Counted from the whole stretch's first letter, positions 47,461 to 60,456 are shown. The stretch is 60,456 bases of DNA, filler included, from Sphacelaria rigidula (GCA_964200075.2; 9 parts of 9 records of this genome joined end to end with filler, not necessarily neighbours in it); one strand, 5' to 3'. Made by a program: numbers and translations. Notes: generated from the sequence alone by a model not told the origin.

Positions 47461-50229
47461 CACTGGCTGGCATCACAAGCCTCTGCTCGCAATATATTGA
47501 TTTTTGTATGGAAAAGTCTGTGCACCATATCTCGAGATATATAAAAAAATTGGTGAAGGTGAGGGTATCTACCTTTTCCGCGTGCTCCGGGGGATGTGCA
47601 CACTAAAGCTCGTCATCATCCGCTGGTGGTATCGTTCCGGCTTTCATATAGATATTTGTGTGGACGCTATCTCGGTACTGTGTAGGAATTGCTAGACATT
47701 GGGTTTAATCAACGAGAAAATATTGACCCAGGCGTTTTGGCAAATGGGCACCTTCCGCTTGATGAGATGATCAATATGATATGCGGATCACGGCCCAACT
47801 CGTCTGCGTCGATGAGATATCGCTTTGAGAGCTTAAACCCGTCTTTAGGCTGGCCCAGCTCGTAGAATATATTGCTTCAAAAACTTGAAGCCGTGTCCAC
47901 GCTGGACCACCACCTACATCTTTTGGTGGCGTGGGCGCATGTGCCAGAAAGGCCTCCCTCCGGTGTCCGCACACTAACATCAAGAACTCCAAGTCTTGGT
48001 ACTGGCGTAAACTGCTGGAGAATTCACACTAAAACCAAGTCATGACTGCACTCTACACTAATATCAAGTAGTTGATACACTGCCACAACAAATTAAAGTC
48101 AACAACATCCATCTACCGCCAGGTGCCAATCCCCTGCCCCCCCGCCTTTTTTCGGCGAACTTGTAAGAAGTGGGACCCCAAACTGGGATACCTACCTGCA
48201 AGGTGCATGCAATCTCAATTTTGGATCTTGCACAACCAGACCTGTGCCACCCGGGTTGCACGGCGTCTGTAACACCCGAAATCCCAGGGTACAGTCACCC
48301 GAGTGGTCACCCTTGACGTGTAACACGTGTTTTTGACGTGCCTGCGACTTATTCACTGGTGCACGCACGCTTTGAACGTGATTGTTCCACAGCCGGCAAC
48401 CTCCGGCAGCCTGCCCCCCGTAACCTAGGTTGCACAAGGTCTATAACGTCTATTTTTCAGGTAGCAGGGACCCCAGTGGCCACCCGTGGAGTGTCGGTTC
48501 TAGATTACAGCTGACGTTGTTTTCGACGCGGGTGTGTGCTGTGTATTCTGCACAGCTGGTGAAGTGTTATTCAACGAGCTCTTGGGTGGTTGTTCTCGAC
48601 TATTTGCAAGTATTTACGCACGTGTGGCGAGAGCCTCATCAAAAACAGAGGACATGTTTCAACTTACTTTTGTACTGTGCAAGGATTCGAGAGCTCGTGT
48701 ACTATAGTAGAACGTATATTGCATATCTACTTGTTCACTGTTAAGAGGGGGAGTCGTGTATTTCGTGTTGACTGAAGGCTGCCCCGCCATATTCGATGTC
48801 TCGTGACGAGATTTACGAGTAAGGTAGAAAAATACCACCTCTTACTCTCGACGTTGCGTGTTTCGAGCTCAACCCTTTGACGGCCGAGGACGTGTCTTCG
48901 CATTTTGTTTTTCGATGAAAAAGTGCCGTCGATTTTTTTTTCCCCGATCTGATAGGTCCACCGCATTTATGTTCCTTGATGGCTTTAACTCAATATTATA
49001 ATTCGCGGTGCGCGGAGAAGAATGCAACGAGGTAAAAACCAATCGTTTTCGATCGAAAACATGCAGTCGAAAGGCACGAAGCGGCACTTGACTCCCGTCT
49101 TATAGACCACCACGCCAAATAACACCTGTTCAGAGGACCATACAAACTGCATCCAACTCACTATCAGCTACCACCGCATTCCTGCAGCACAGAGCACGAG
49201 TTGAGCCCAGGGAGCGATACACTGCAGTAGTAGTCGGGTGTGCTTTGTTTATTTTTTGTTGGCGAAGACTTGCGCATCTTCTCTCATCTTAGGCATCAAG
49301 GACGGAACTGCGTGGTACGGTGGGCGACCGAGTTGCGTGCACGCTCATGGACAGTGCAGGCGGGACAAAGCTGCACGTTGCTGAAGTCTTTTTCATGTTG
49401 TATTGTGAGCAGGGAGAACTGATAGTCTTGGGCTGTCTGCACTGCACGTTGCCCGCTTCTCCTTTGTATCCTCCTTCACGAAACACGCAGACACGCACTC
49501 ACGACGCCCTGCTTGCAAGCAGTGCAGTCGGTGCAGACTGTCTCTACTGTACACGAGTGAGCATGTACCGTTTCACGAATTCCACTGTATTTTTTCGATC
49601 GAAAGCTTGAAAGTCCATCCGGACTCAACTGCATCAAAACCAGAAATTTTCGCTCTAATCAATTCCACCGCCTCGTTCTTTCGATTGAAAACAAAAGTGC
49701 TAAGACAGGCGCTAATGAATAGGAAGCATTATCACCAACATGAGAATAAAGGAAGGTGTTGAATATTCGACTTCTACATTGGTAAACATTTCCCAGATCC
49801 AGTAAAATTGTTCTGGGAAATTATTTGCACGTTCTTGAACTAAACAGTTTCGCATCTTTGAGCTACAGACTGGTTCACGGAAACCCCCCCAAATTCTGTC
49901 ATCAGCAAAAATGCCTTCTGCAATACGCACCCAATATTCGCATACATGGTATCATACTGACCGTAATGAACAGACGAAGAGGGTGACATAGCCGGATTGT
50001 TTTGAGGCTACAGCGGTGGCGCTATGGACAAAAACGTGTCTCGACCAATCAGCACCTTTCAAACTGTCCCGAAGTTGAAAATACCAATTCCAAGCCCAAT
50101 TTCCACCGAATATCCACATGGTTCAAATCGTAGTGACCGTCATCACCTCAAGAATCTAACGGAAGAATAGCATTTGAAAACGGTTCCAACGGGGTCGAAT
50201 TATACCCGAAACCGTAATGTTTCGGTGAT

Positions 50230-50890
50230 TGTCAACGTATTCGATAGCAGAGCAAGCCACAACCCAAGATGGGTGAGTATGTGACCCACTGGTCCTGCTT
50301 TCGGCTCGTTAACGCTAACAGTAGGTTTCACTTGCACACGGCACTCGTCAACAGCAGACGGCTGTTATTGAAAGTAAGCACAAAGCTCTTTCGATAAAGG
50401 AAAAACCAATTGACACAACGGGGTTATGTTACTCGTGACTTACTTGTGTTATAGCTTGTCGCGGCTTGCCGGCAGAAGGTGAGACGTCGCGCAGAGCAGA
50501 TGAAAAGCTGATGGTCCTTCTTGTGATTAGTTCTACGGTAGGCCTTTCTCTAGCAGGTGGATCGCAAGTGAGCTTCGTGGGCGATGCTGCTCACAATTAC
50601 CCTCAAAAGCTCCTAGCTACGCATACAATCTTGTCATATACATACAAGTCAGCGTGACCCACTGTACCTCAAGCTAATCAAAGCTGTAGTAGCAGCAGGT
50701 ACACGCGGCTAATCGGGTACAATCCTCATCCGACTCATCATGGGGCTGGATCAACGCTTCAACAATGCAATTCTTGTATACATAAGCACACATTCGAATC
50801 TTGGGTTCATACCCGCCGGTCGATTCTGGGGACCATTGGCAATTCCCAAAAAACTAGTTGAATTCACGCACACGATCATTTACCATCACA
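50230..50890 (-). mobile_element. Solo LTR (661 bp, TGT...ACA) with 4-bp TSD TGAT
   Basis: TGAT at 50226-50229 and 50891-50894. Homologous to 30572-31229. Confidence 0.85.
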
Positions 50891-52260
50891 TGATGTGGAG
50901 TTTGGCATCGTCTAATTTCCACTCATGATACGCAGGAAGGACCCAGGGAGCCTCGTGACGATTTCCCTTATATCTGTTGTAGAAAAGCTTAGATCATCCT
51001 CAAACTTGGTAGTTCCGTAGGTATTAATGCTCCAAATGGGAAAATTGTGTTCTTGGCAAGGGTTCAGAGTTTCTCCTTTCTCTACCGGCTTCCGGGGGTC
51101 CCAGTACAAAGACCCCCGACTAACCCTACATAATGACTCAAAAGAAAAAATAATAACATGATGCGTCCCAGGATGGTCCAAGAAACACATGTACAATGTT
51201 TGGTGGAGAAAATCAAAACTTTCATGAGATTTTTCCTGCCTTGACAGAAAATTCACCCTAAAAGATGTTTTCATTCTCAAACCAAGTACTTCCTTTTCCC
51301 GCAAATATAAGCAAGATTTGTATTTCCGGAAATATAAGCAAGGCTGCTATGATATTGACAGAAGGGTGCCATTTGGGCACGGTGGACGTCGCTCAACTGT
51401 GGCATACGATCACATATCACATTGGAGAGAGAAAAATAAAAATCCGCTCGATGGGGGGAGGGATGGTGCGTTACCATCCCCCCCCCCGGGGGGAAATGGC
51501 GGAAATCTGGCGTGCACCCAGCGAAGGGCCAAACAGACTGCATGCCAAGTTTGATAGGAATACTCCGAAGAGCTGGAATTGGACATAACAATACTTATTC
51601 CTCTGAGAGGCACTCCCGGCAGCAGACATGTCCAACCAGAAGATGGGAAGGTGTTTGACGCGGTCTTCAAAGTGGGGGTGGTGGAATCGAGCACCGTCTG
51701 CCTGGGTGGAAGACACTTTCGATGGGGTGTGGCAGACGCAGCAGTTCTGCACGCTGCGCGCCTGTGCGGCGGAACCTAAAACAAAAACGTTCGGGAAAAG
51801 AGTTTTGCAGACCGGAGTTAGACCGCGTTGTGTTCAAATCTTGCTTATATTTCCGGGCAGAGGAAGTACTTGGGAGTTTGCACATTTTAAGCCCACACCC
51901 TCGCACAAACGCGCAAATCTTCACGCATGTATGAGGAGTTACACCCTGAACCTTTGCACAAATGTACTATGAATCATTACGCAAGTTTCGATCAACGAGG
52001 GTTTTCTAGTTCTTGAATTTTGCACCGTTTTCCGGGGATCCGACGAGATCCAAGTCGTTTTTTCGAAGTCATCCAATCTGGGACCCCGGAAAAGCGGCAA
52101 TACGCTTTTTTTTTTCATTTTTTTCTCAAACGATCTGCCGCCACGAAACCCAAGGAAGAACCTCATACAGGTTCGTGGTCAAACTCGATCAACTGGTGCT
52201 TGAATTTTCATGTTTTCGTCAAAAAAAGACCTAAACCGGTACTTTCATATAAAGTCTAGC

Positions 52261-52686
52261 TCTAAACAGGCAATTCTATAAAATGAGGTTCACCGATGAA
52301 ATGAGGTTTAAGCCCAAAACAGTACTTTCTCCACATTTTCAGTGATGGTGCTCAATGACTTTCTTGTCGGCCTAATGCCACTCGATCGCGTAGATACTTC
52401 TTCAGCGCATTTTACCGACTCTGTGACCTTACAGCGCGCTGACCGAAACCGCCGTTTTCCGTGATATCACCCCCCCTAACAAATCAGGGGAAATGACGGT
52501 TCCGGACAGCGATTTAAGCTCACAGAGTCGGTAAAATGCGCTGAAGAAATATCTACGCGATCGAGGAGCATTAGGCCGACAAGAATGTCATTGGGTACCA
52601 TCGCTGAAAGTGTGGGGGAAGCATTGTTCTGGGCTTGAACCTCATTTTATGGATGAACCTCATTTTATAAAATTGTCTGTTTCTAG
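52261..52686. repeat. Long inverted repeat (about 205-bp arms, about 17-bp loop)
   Basis: 52261-52465 is the reverse complement of 52483-52686. The arm segment gtgggggaagca.tgtt.t.ggcttga.cctcat also begins contig 1 (1-55). Confidence 0.9.
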
Positions 52687-52735
52687 TAGTTTCCCGTTTC
52701 ACCGTGGCACGGCAAGGTTCATCGCACAAACGTTA

Positions 52736-53014
52736 AAACCTTCACGCCGTTTAAAGGAGTTAGACCCTGAAATTTTGCACAGGTGTGCTATGCGTCATTA
52801 CACAACTTTGAATGGATGAGGTTTCTTTCTATTTCTCACCGTGTTACGGGGGTCCGACTGGATCGAAGTTTTCCCGGAAAAACTGGGACCCCGGAAACAC
52901 GGTGAAAAAACGCCAAGGAGGAAGAAGACCTCGTCCGTGCGAAATTGCGTAATCACCCATAGAACACCTGTGCAAAATGGCATGGTCTAACTCCGTATAA
53001 CGGCGTTAAGGTTT
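52736..53014. repeat. Second hairpin / MITE-like unit (about 95-bp arms)
   Basis: aaacctt.acgccgtt.a..ggagttagacc...ttttgcacaggtgt pairs with acacctgtgcaaaat...ggtctaactcc...aacggcgttaaggttt. Confidence 0.85.
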
Positions 53015-55189
53015 GCCGATGAGTGTTTCTAGGGTTTTCCCCGTGAACCATCCTGTAGTAGCGTATTGCCATGAAGCTAGCAGGCGTTTATGATCAAATC
53101 GGGGATTCTATAGTTGCGTGTCTGAGTAAGCTTGACTAGGTCGGATGTGAGACTGAAAAAAGGTACGGGCATGGGTCCTTGAGCCCTCGCCGCGGTACTC
53201 GCTGGGTGGAGCTTACTGCTGAGCAACTGCTATAGCCAGAGAGCGGCTGAGAGAGCACTGAAAGGAGCGATAAGGAATACGAGTGAAGAAGAGTCATTTT
53301 ATCAAGTGGGTATAGTTTACTGCGTGAAGCTATTGTGGTGTTAGCTGATTTAGACACGTCTGTAACCCGATCCTTTGTGAGGACAGAACTACCAGGGTTG
53401 GCCTTGGAAGTATCTGACCTCTGACCCGACCGGCTTGCACCAAGAGGGTGCATTCCGTCTAACACTAAAACATTTGGCGTTCGACTTGGAGTATTTGCTT
53501 GCTAGCTTGTTTTCCCTTTCCAGAGTAGAGCAGTTTTTTGCTTATCTACTGTCTGTACTGCCCTCTAGTTGCTGTTTCCCCCCTCTTGCTGTAGCTTTGT
53601 CTTGCATTTTGTTTCGTGAGCCATTTGCTTTTCATTCGCTTGATCGATTTTTACAGTAAACAGCCGATCCTAATTTTTGGGGTTGAAACAAAATATGAGG
53701 TTGAAGTCCCATCCCTTCATTGCAGGGANNNNNNNNNNNNNNNNNNNNNNNNNNNNNNNNNNNNNNNNNNNNTTAATTAATTAANNNNNNNNNNNNNNNN
53801 NNNNNNNNNNNNNNNNNNNNNNNNNNNNCTGGCCATTTTTCGTACCTTTCTTAGGCAAAAAACGAGAAGGTATACCTTTTCTAGGCCATTGCCCTATTCC
53901 AAACCCGACACGCGTACTTTCGAGACTTGCCTCCCAGCCAGACGTCTGTTTTCCCTTCCCAAACGGTCGCACAATCATTGCTCCGCCGCGATCGCCTTTG
54001 CCGCTATATTTCTCATATTGTCGCGGCTCGAGCTTCGTCACACGTACATTGACCCCTCCCGCGTACAAAAGGCAGTTGTCTATCCCGCGCAGGGTTGACT
54101 CGGCAGCAACGGAGGGCAGGCCACGTGTTCGGGAGAGATAAATTGGCGAAGAGGCTGTCTGTCGTACCAATTTCCGGATACTTCGGCAACATTATATAGG
54201 ATCACACACGACGATGTCGATGTACACGAAATATGCCATAATACATATAATTCCCCGCGACTTGCTGCAGAATCGACCAGAAATGGATAACTCAACTCAT
54301 GAGTCATCGATGAATGGCGATGTTTGCGAAAAACACACCCAGTACTGCAGTACTTGAGCCATCCCAAGGTCATGAATGACCGCTGAACGGCGAAATTAAC
54401 CGGAAAACAAATATCAGACTTATAAATCTCCGGTCAACGGATGTGAAGTACAGTACCCAACACATCCAGAGCGCGAGCCCAACACATCCAGAGCGCGAGC
54501 CCAAGAATATGAAGCTTTTCTCCACGAAACCAATCGTTCACGATTTGCGCGTACTCTCAAAAATGTAAACATATTTGATAGGATGACAGGCCAGTGTTAT
54601 AAAGCATCATATTTCACGGCCTCGAAATGAACATGACCGCCCAGTAGGAAGTAGATCGTGTGAACCCAGAATGAGGAATTGTGACAAAACCATGGTCATT
54701 GTTACGCTAGAGTGAGGTACAAGACGGTCGAAACGTGCGTACGTTTGAAGTGTCACGTCTTTCTAGGGTTTGGGCGATGATGAGTGTATGTGATCATGGA
54801 GTGAGCAGTCTTCAAATCGCTCCCCCCCAGACTACTGTTGTTCTCTTATTGCAGAGTAGACGGAAAAGATTATATGTGCACCCAAGTGCACCAACGGACT
54901 TCACGTGCACCCTCGGAAAATGACAAAAACACGTGCGGCTGGCCTGTGCCTCATGACCACACCCACCACGGTCAATCTTTTGTAGATCTCATGCGCTGTT
55001 CCCTTTCTGAAAAAGATATCACCGCCTCTTCCCGACACGGCTGTGTTGCGCTGGGCTACGTTGTGCGTGCCAACCTGCTCGCTCTGTTCAGCCGTCTCTG
55101 TTCTTTTGACAGGCAGCCGCGTCTTTGGACGGCGCATGCGTAAAGGTGCATCATCACAAGCGGTGCCAACTTATTCAACAGTACCTGCT

Positions 55190-55458
55190 TCAATGTTGAA
55201 AATCGGATATCGATACTCGATACATATCGGTCTATATGGCGTGTCGGTATCGCCGGTTTTTAAGCCGATGTTTGTCGATACGTATCAATATCAGCGTCGA
55301 TATCGGATATTGATATCGTCGATATATCAGTATATATATATATATATATCAGTGTTGAAAATCGGATATCGATACTCGATACGATTTCGATATATACCGG
55401 TTGATACGGCGTATCGGTATCGCCGGTTTCCAAACCGATAGTCGTCGATACGTATCAA
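55190..55458 (+). mobile_element. Two tandem hAT-like terminal fragments (ca.tgttgaaaatcggatatcgatactcgatac) rich in ATCGAT/GATATC motifs
   Basis: Direct repeat 55190-55290 and 55350-55458, with a CAGTGTTG-type start. Confidence 0.5.
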
Positions 55459-56711
55459 TTCCTTTGAGGCCCTGAGGGCTTGAAAGGCTTCTACTGAATC
55501 GACATTCGAAACGTGCCCTGTCCTATCGTCGTATCCGTCCGGGCCTCATAACGAAGCTCCGAACCACGCACGTTTTCCCTCCAATCGATTCGAAGCCGTG
55601 CTGCGCGAAAAAACCATCCCATCGCTCTTCTAACATCAATCGAGACGCCCTCAACAAGTGTCAGCTTTGTTGGTGCTCATGCCGTTGTGTTTCGCTTCTG
55701 TCTCCGGGTGCACTCGAGTACACCCCCATTTATACCCCTTTTGACCATAGCTAGTCTTTATTGAAATTCTCAGACTTGACTGTCGTAAGTTTAATCGAGG
55801 CACTTTTGGAGGTTGGAGGCATCACACCCAGCAACCGGCTCTCCGAATCACTTTAAATACCCCCCAGAAGGTTCAGTTTCATTGCTGCTTTCTTCGTTGT
55901 CTTCGCTTGTGGGTGCCGACGCTGTCCGTGGCTGAGGCGGAGGGGGTGTTGAAGTACGTGATCGAGGTATCGGCCATCGGGCACGCGATTGATCTGAACT
56001 CATCTCGGTTTACATGTCGATAAACTGCGAGCATGCGGGTTCCCCTCATCGAAGAGTACGAGGGCGGTGGAGACGTTCACTCTTCGCTACCAACCCTACT
56101 ACGAGCGAACTCAAATCGGGTCGTCACGTTGTGAAGTTTTGCCCGGAGAGCGGATAGGTCAGATGCCAAGGATGCATGGACCGACCAGAAAATCGGCATG
56201 AAGGTGAGCCTGGCTGTAGTCAAAACCCGCAAGGAGTCCGCATCTTTCATTGTCATCGCCGACTGTGTTGGCCTCTCTCCTGTCTTTGCTGCCTCGCCTC
56301 TTCTCAGTATACAACCATGAGTTCGTGTAGTGTGTACTGAGGGTGCCTTCCTTCTGGTGCATATTTGATGTCGGCAACTCAAGGCAAGGCGTCCGGAGTC
56401 TGCTGTTGTTGCTGTGTCCTACTGCGTGTTGCTGTCTCTCCCTTCCTCTCTTTCTCCTGGCTTCCCTCTTCTAAGCCTACAGCCAAGTGTGTGTATTGTA
56501 TGCTGAGTATGCCCTCCCACTGTACTGTGTGTATGTCCATAACAAACACCGAGGAGAAGGCGGCGGTGCTTCGTTGAGAATAGTGAACAACAGTGTACTG
56601 TACTGTCTTGCTGTACTGCACTGTCCGTAGGTTTCCAGGGTCGGGCGAATCGATGATTCGTCTGGCAACTGCTTGATTTTAGTCCAAGTGTTTTGTACCG
56701 TATTAATCAAT

Positions 56712-56885
56712 CCTTAAGCTTTGCTCTCAACGTTGCAGGCGAGGTACGCGCAGCCCAGGCACGTGGAATGGCGAAAACATTGCGTGAAGACCTGTTTGAC
56801 CAGCGGTTGACCTTTCTCTCTCTTTCGAGCTATCAGCCCTAAGAAATCGGGGATTTGGCTATTCGAACCGGAAATGATTCATCCG
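56712..56885 (+). repeat. Interspersed repeat shared with 43790-43965
   Basis: cgttgca.gc.aggtacgcgcagcccaggcac.tgg.atggcg.aaa occurs in both contigs. Confidence 0.75.
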
Positions 56886-57700
56886 ACTCGTAGTAGGTTA
56901 TATCCAAATTATCATGACAGCCAAGTGACAGCTGTTTCGTTATTTCCTCCGTCGACCGGAACAATAATGTAAATCCGGTTGTGCATAATCGAATTCGTAC
57001 TTGACTGCAATTCGGCTGGCTATAAGTTGCACATTGTAAACATTTCGTCTCTTTCCACAACCCTCAGATCCCTCTACGCTGTGATCCTCCACCATGATCC
57101 TCTTGTGAAAATATAATATTTATACTTCTCGAAGTATGGATTTCATCCCGGTACTCGTCAGTTGTGTAAGATTTGTGAAGACTTTCACACCCTACCGAAC
57201 ACACCCTAACCCTTCGAAAAAACGCCGTTATTTTCAGGACTGTTAACCATCAGCTCTGTTCAGTTCGGTCGAAAGTGGCCGCGCCAGTTTCCACTACATC
57301 TACATTTTTCCAGTTGATCGCCCCTCCAGGCTAGTGGGGGGTGCGGCGCAGGAGCGCCGCCCGAGGCAAAATAAATTACGGTGTTTGACCTATTTCCCCC
57401 GCAGACATCGTGAATAGTTGTGAAAAATGCAACCACTCACATTGAGCTGCCAACAGGCTTGTACTACTCGAAAATGCCTTCGAATGTGGTAAGCGATCCG
57501 AGAATTATCAATCTGTAGTGTGCGGCAGCAGAGTCCCTCGATGGGAACCTGAAGATAGGAACAGGTATGCCAAGGCCGACAGTACCTTGGGACAAAGAAC
57601 GCAAATTATCACCGCGGCTCGTTGATTAGAATGCTTGTGTATTTCGTGATCGCCAGTTACCGTTTTTGTTTTCGGATTAGGCACATATCTGTACTATGTC

Positions 57701-59390
57701 ATGTTCAGAACGCTCCTCATGCAATTGGAAAATGGGGTTCGGCGTTCGGTACTTCCGCATCAAGCGTCCCACTGTCATCAAGTCACACTTCTTCATTTAT
57801 TTGTTTCCCTCATTCGACTGACCAACCGTCGACCGATCCGCTGTCGTCCATGGATGAAAACTGCATTTTAACTAGGTACCAACGAAGTTTGTGGTACCTG
57901 TACCGCTGTAGAGTGCAGACTTCAATCGTACAGTCTAATTAGATGTAGTATTTATTTGCTATAAACTCCCCATAATGAGACGAATATAAAATACACAGTA
58001 AAAACAACTGGCACGGTTGTATGCAACATAGGAGTTACGTGTCGATTCGTTCATTCCGCCGCTCGTTTCGCTCCAAAAACCCAAGCTTTTTTGTTTTTGA
58101 CCATGCCCGTCGCGCGCAACTCATTTTAAAACGGGCTTGAAGCGATCTGACAACATATGTGTCGTGGACGTATCTGATACGGCCTCGTAGCGACCAATTC
58201 GATTCGACCGCATGTTTTCAAGTCGACTTGTTGAATTTTTTTTGGTAAGACACTGCCTGACTAAAATCTGATGCCACGGCATCGATTTGTTTCAACTCCT
58301 CCACAAGTCAGTCATCCACCCGCAGAGAGAGGTAGCACGTACTCGTGATGTCCACGTAAGATGTCTTCCTCTTCACGACCCCTTTGTTTGTTGATGCCCC
58401 ATAAGATGCGCAGTGATGCCGAGTTGGCGGCTCACCGGGTCCACGATAACGCGGACCGACGAGCGAGGCAGCGATGCAACTAGACGTCGTAGGTATATGC
58501 TCTGAAAATAGGTCAGGTGTGGCGTTTTCGATCCTAACAATATACTACCCAAGAGGCCACTGCGCAACCGTGCTAATCGGTCCCAATCAGAGGCGCCGCG
58601 AGGAGGGTAGTAAATCTCGATGATGTCTACTTTTTTTCAAGTATAATTGATGCTGACTCAGCAGATGACCTACTCCCACTATCTAAGTATTCAGACTCGT
58701 TTGGTTGGAAAAACATGGCTCACTTGGCTGAGATTAGATAGTCACGCCTCCCTTTTTCATGATGAAAAGAGGCAGTACGTAATTTGTGATGCCCGGGCAA
58801 GATGATTCCCTGCTTATGGCCTCTGATTGAAATCTGATGCCACGGCATCGATTTGTTTCATACTGCTCCACAAGTCAGCCATTCACCCGCAGAGAGAGGT
58901 AGCACGTACTTGTGATGTCCACGTAAGATATCTTCCTCTTCAGGACCCCTCGAAATATAATATTGCCGTGGCACCGCTGTGTTTGTTGATGCCCCATAAG
59001 ATGCACAGTGATGCTGAGTTGGCGGCTCGCCGGGTCCACGATAACGCGGACCGCCGGGTGTAGCGCTTGTAGTCTATTTGCTACATCACTTCGAGGTGTA
59101 GTGGGTATGTCCTACATGATGTTCAGAATGCTCTTCATGCAATTGGCAATTGGGGTTCGGCGTTGGGCACTTCCACATCAAGCGTCCAACTGTGATCAAG
59201 TCAAACTTCATTTCTTCGTTGTCCTCATTCGACTGACCAACCGTCGACCGACCCACTGTCGTCGATAGATGAAAACCGCAGAACAACTAGGTACCAACGA
59301 AGCTTGTGGTACCAGTGCTGCTGTATACTGCAGACTTCAATCGTGCAGTCTAATTATGTAAAGAGCTTTTTGGTAATAAACTCCTCATGA
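57701..59390 (+). repeat. Split direct repeats A(57701-57980) B(58263-58460) B'(58830-59054) A'(59119-59390)
   Basis: A and A' share atgttcagaa.gctc.tcatgcaattgg...actaggtaccaacgaag.ttgtggtacc. B and B' share aaatctgatgccacggcatcgatttg...gggtccacgataacgcggaccg. Confidence 0.85.
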
Positions 59391-59927
59391 TAAAACTAAT
59401 GTAAAATACTCGGTAACGACAAGCCGCACAAAGCCTCCGGATGAACTGGATTAATGGCGCATTTCCAGTTTGACTCCAGTTACAATGAAAATATGCAGTA
59501 TTAAGTTGTCGAGTTCTCAGCGCATTTAATGCCTGTGTTCGGTGTACTTTCCCGCAGGAGTTGCTATCACCCGTTTTCAGCCCACGATTCAACACACATG
59601 AGGAACGGGGCGTTGGAAAGGGACCTCCCGCCTTCTTCGTGCCACCGCATACAACACACTCCTACATGCTGTACTTGTTTGTATAGAATGCCACAGTTAC
59701 TAACAGGCCGGTGGTTTTCCCACCGTGAGTTCATCGAGGAGTAACCTGATTACCGAAAGCAACCTATTATCCCACTTCCTTACTTTCCACCCACTTGACA
59801 TCGTTGCTTTCAACACCCGTTCGTCACGCATTCGCTCACATTACAACTGCGTTTCCTTCCGACTTTCCTCGCGAAACTTTCCGCAACCGTCCCTTCGTCC
59901 TTCCCTCGATTCGTTCAACATCGACAG

Positions 59928-60362
59928 GTGCTCCGTTTGCACTACCCACGTGTCTGTATCCCAGAAGACAAAGCCAGTCCCGAAGGGCGCCAGGAAACAG
60001 GTCCCCGTCCTCTGCCTTGCGTGTGGCGTGGACATCGGGGTCAGCACTCCATACCACCGCATGGCCGACCCCAACGGCGGTAAAGACAGGGAATACGCCC
60101 ACGCCGACGGCCGCACCTGCGCAAAGACCCTCGTCAAAGCGGACGAGAATAGTTCTCACCCTTGCCACGAATGTAGAGTCACCCCTGCCGAAACAAACCT
60201 CCTTGACCTGTCGGCGGGGGATCATGACCCAGAATGTATACCTTGTCATGAGTGCTTTCACAACACCCGTGCCGAGTTGCTGTCGGGTTTCCAACAGCAC
60301 TTGTTGCGGAAGAAAGAGGAATTTGCCTGGAGAAACGACAACTCCACACCTCGGGAAGTGCC
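59928..60362 (+). CDS. Cys/His-rich exon (putative zinc-finger protein)
   Basis: Pyrimidine-rich upstream region, acceptor tcgacag, donor GTGAGT at 60363. 435 nt, phase 2-2, with CSVC, CLAC...H...C, CHEC, CHEC. Confidence 0.55.
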
Positions 60363-60456
60363 GTGAGTGAGTACTCATTCCCCCTCCCCTCCCGTCCCCT
60401 CACCTCTAGACTCTTGGGTTGGCGTCGAGTGGCAACGGCGCTGTAAAACAAGCCAC

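Noticed and set aside
47500..48400. Decayed LINE on the minus strand (KKAGGQGIG-like motif)
   Set aside because: Only one weak motif; no RT or endonuclease signature is visible.
54456..54504. 22-bp tandem duplication (cccaacacatccagagcgcgag x2)
   Set aside because: Real, but an ordinary slippage duplication.
55860..56382. Coding-like stretch (minus-strand ORF 56077-56382)
   Set aside because: Stops interrupt the frames on both strands, and there are no clear splice signals or family motifs.

Overview
This window is not one continuous locus. It is nine unrelated contigs of 6629/6628 bp (1-6629, 6730-13358, 13459-20087, 20188-26816, 26917-33544, 33645-40272, 40373-47000, 47101-53728, 53829-60456). 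They are joined by identical artificial 100-bp spacers (N44-TTAATTAATTAA-N44), which points to a length-sorted pseudo-scaffold. The DNA is eukaryotic, intron-rich and repeat-rich. Gene style, TTAGGG-like repeats and retroelement types suggest a brown alga or other stramenopile (inference). Spliced gene fragments rebuilt by hand: the 3' end of VPS8 (4 exons, minus), the BAR half of a SNX1/Vps5-type sorting nexin (5 exons, minus), two XPG/RAD2-like exons (minus), two exons with a Spt5-like KOW motif (plus, one GC donor), the 5' part of a secreted protein with an RxLR-like motif (3 exons, plus), and a Cys/His-rich exon. The rest is decayed Ty3/Gypsy pol fragments (two with chromodomains), two solo LTRs, a tRNA-derived SINE family, several MITE families with measurable TIRs/TSDs, long imperfect hairpins and microsatellites. 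I see no clear new multi-gene system. The best leads are a telomere-repeat-carrying MITE with TGT..ACA ends, a Gypsy integrase tail with a chromodomain plus a Tudor-like domain, a VPS8 apparently lacking its RING finger, and the RxLR-like secreted protein. All family assignments come from motif recognition, not database searches.
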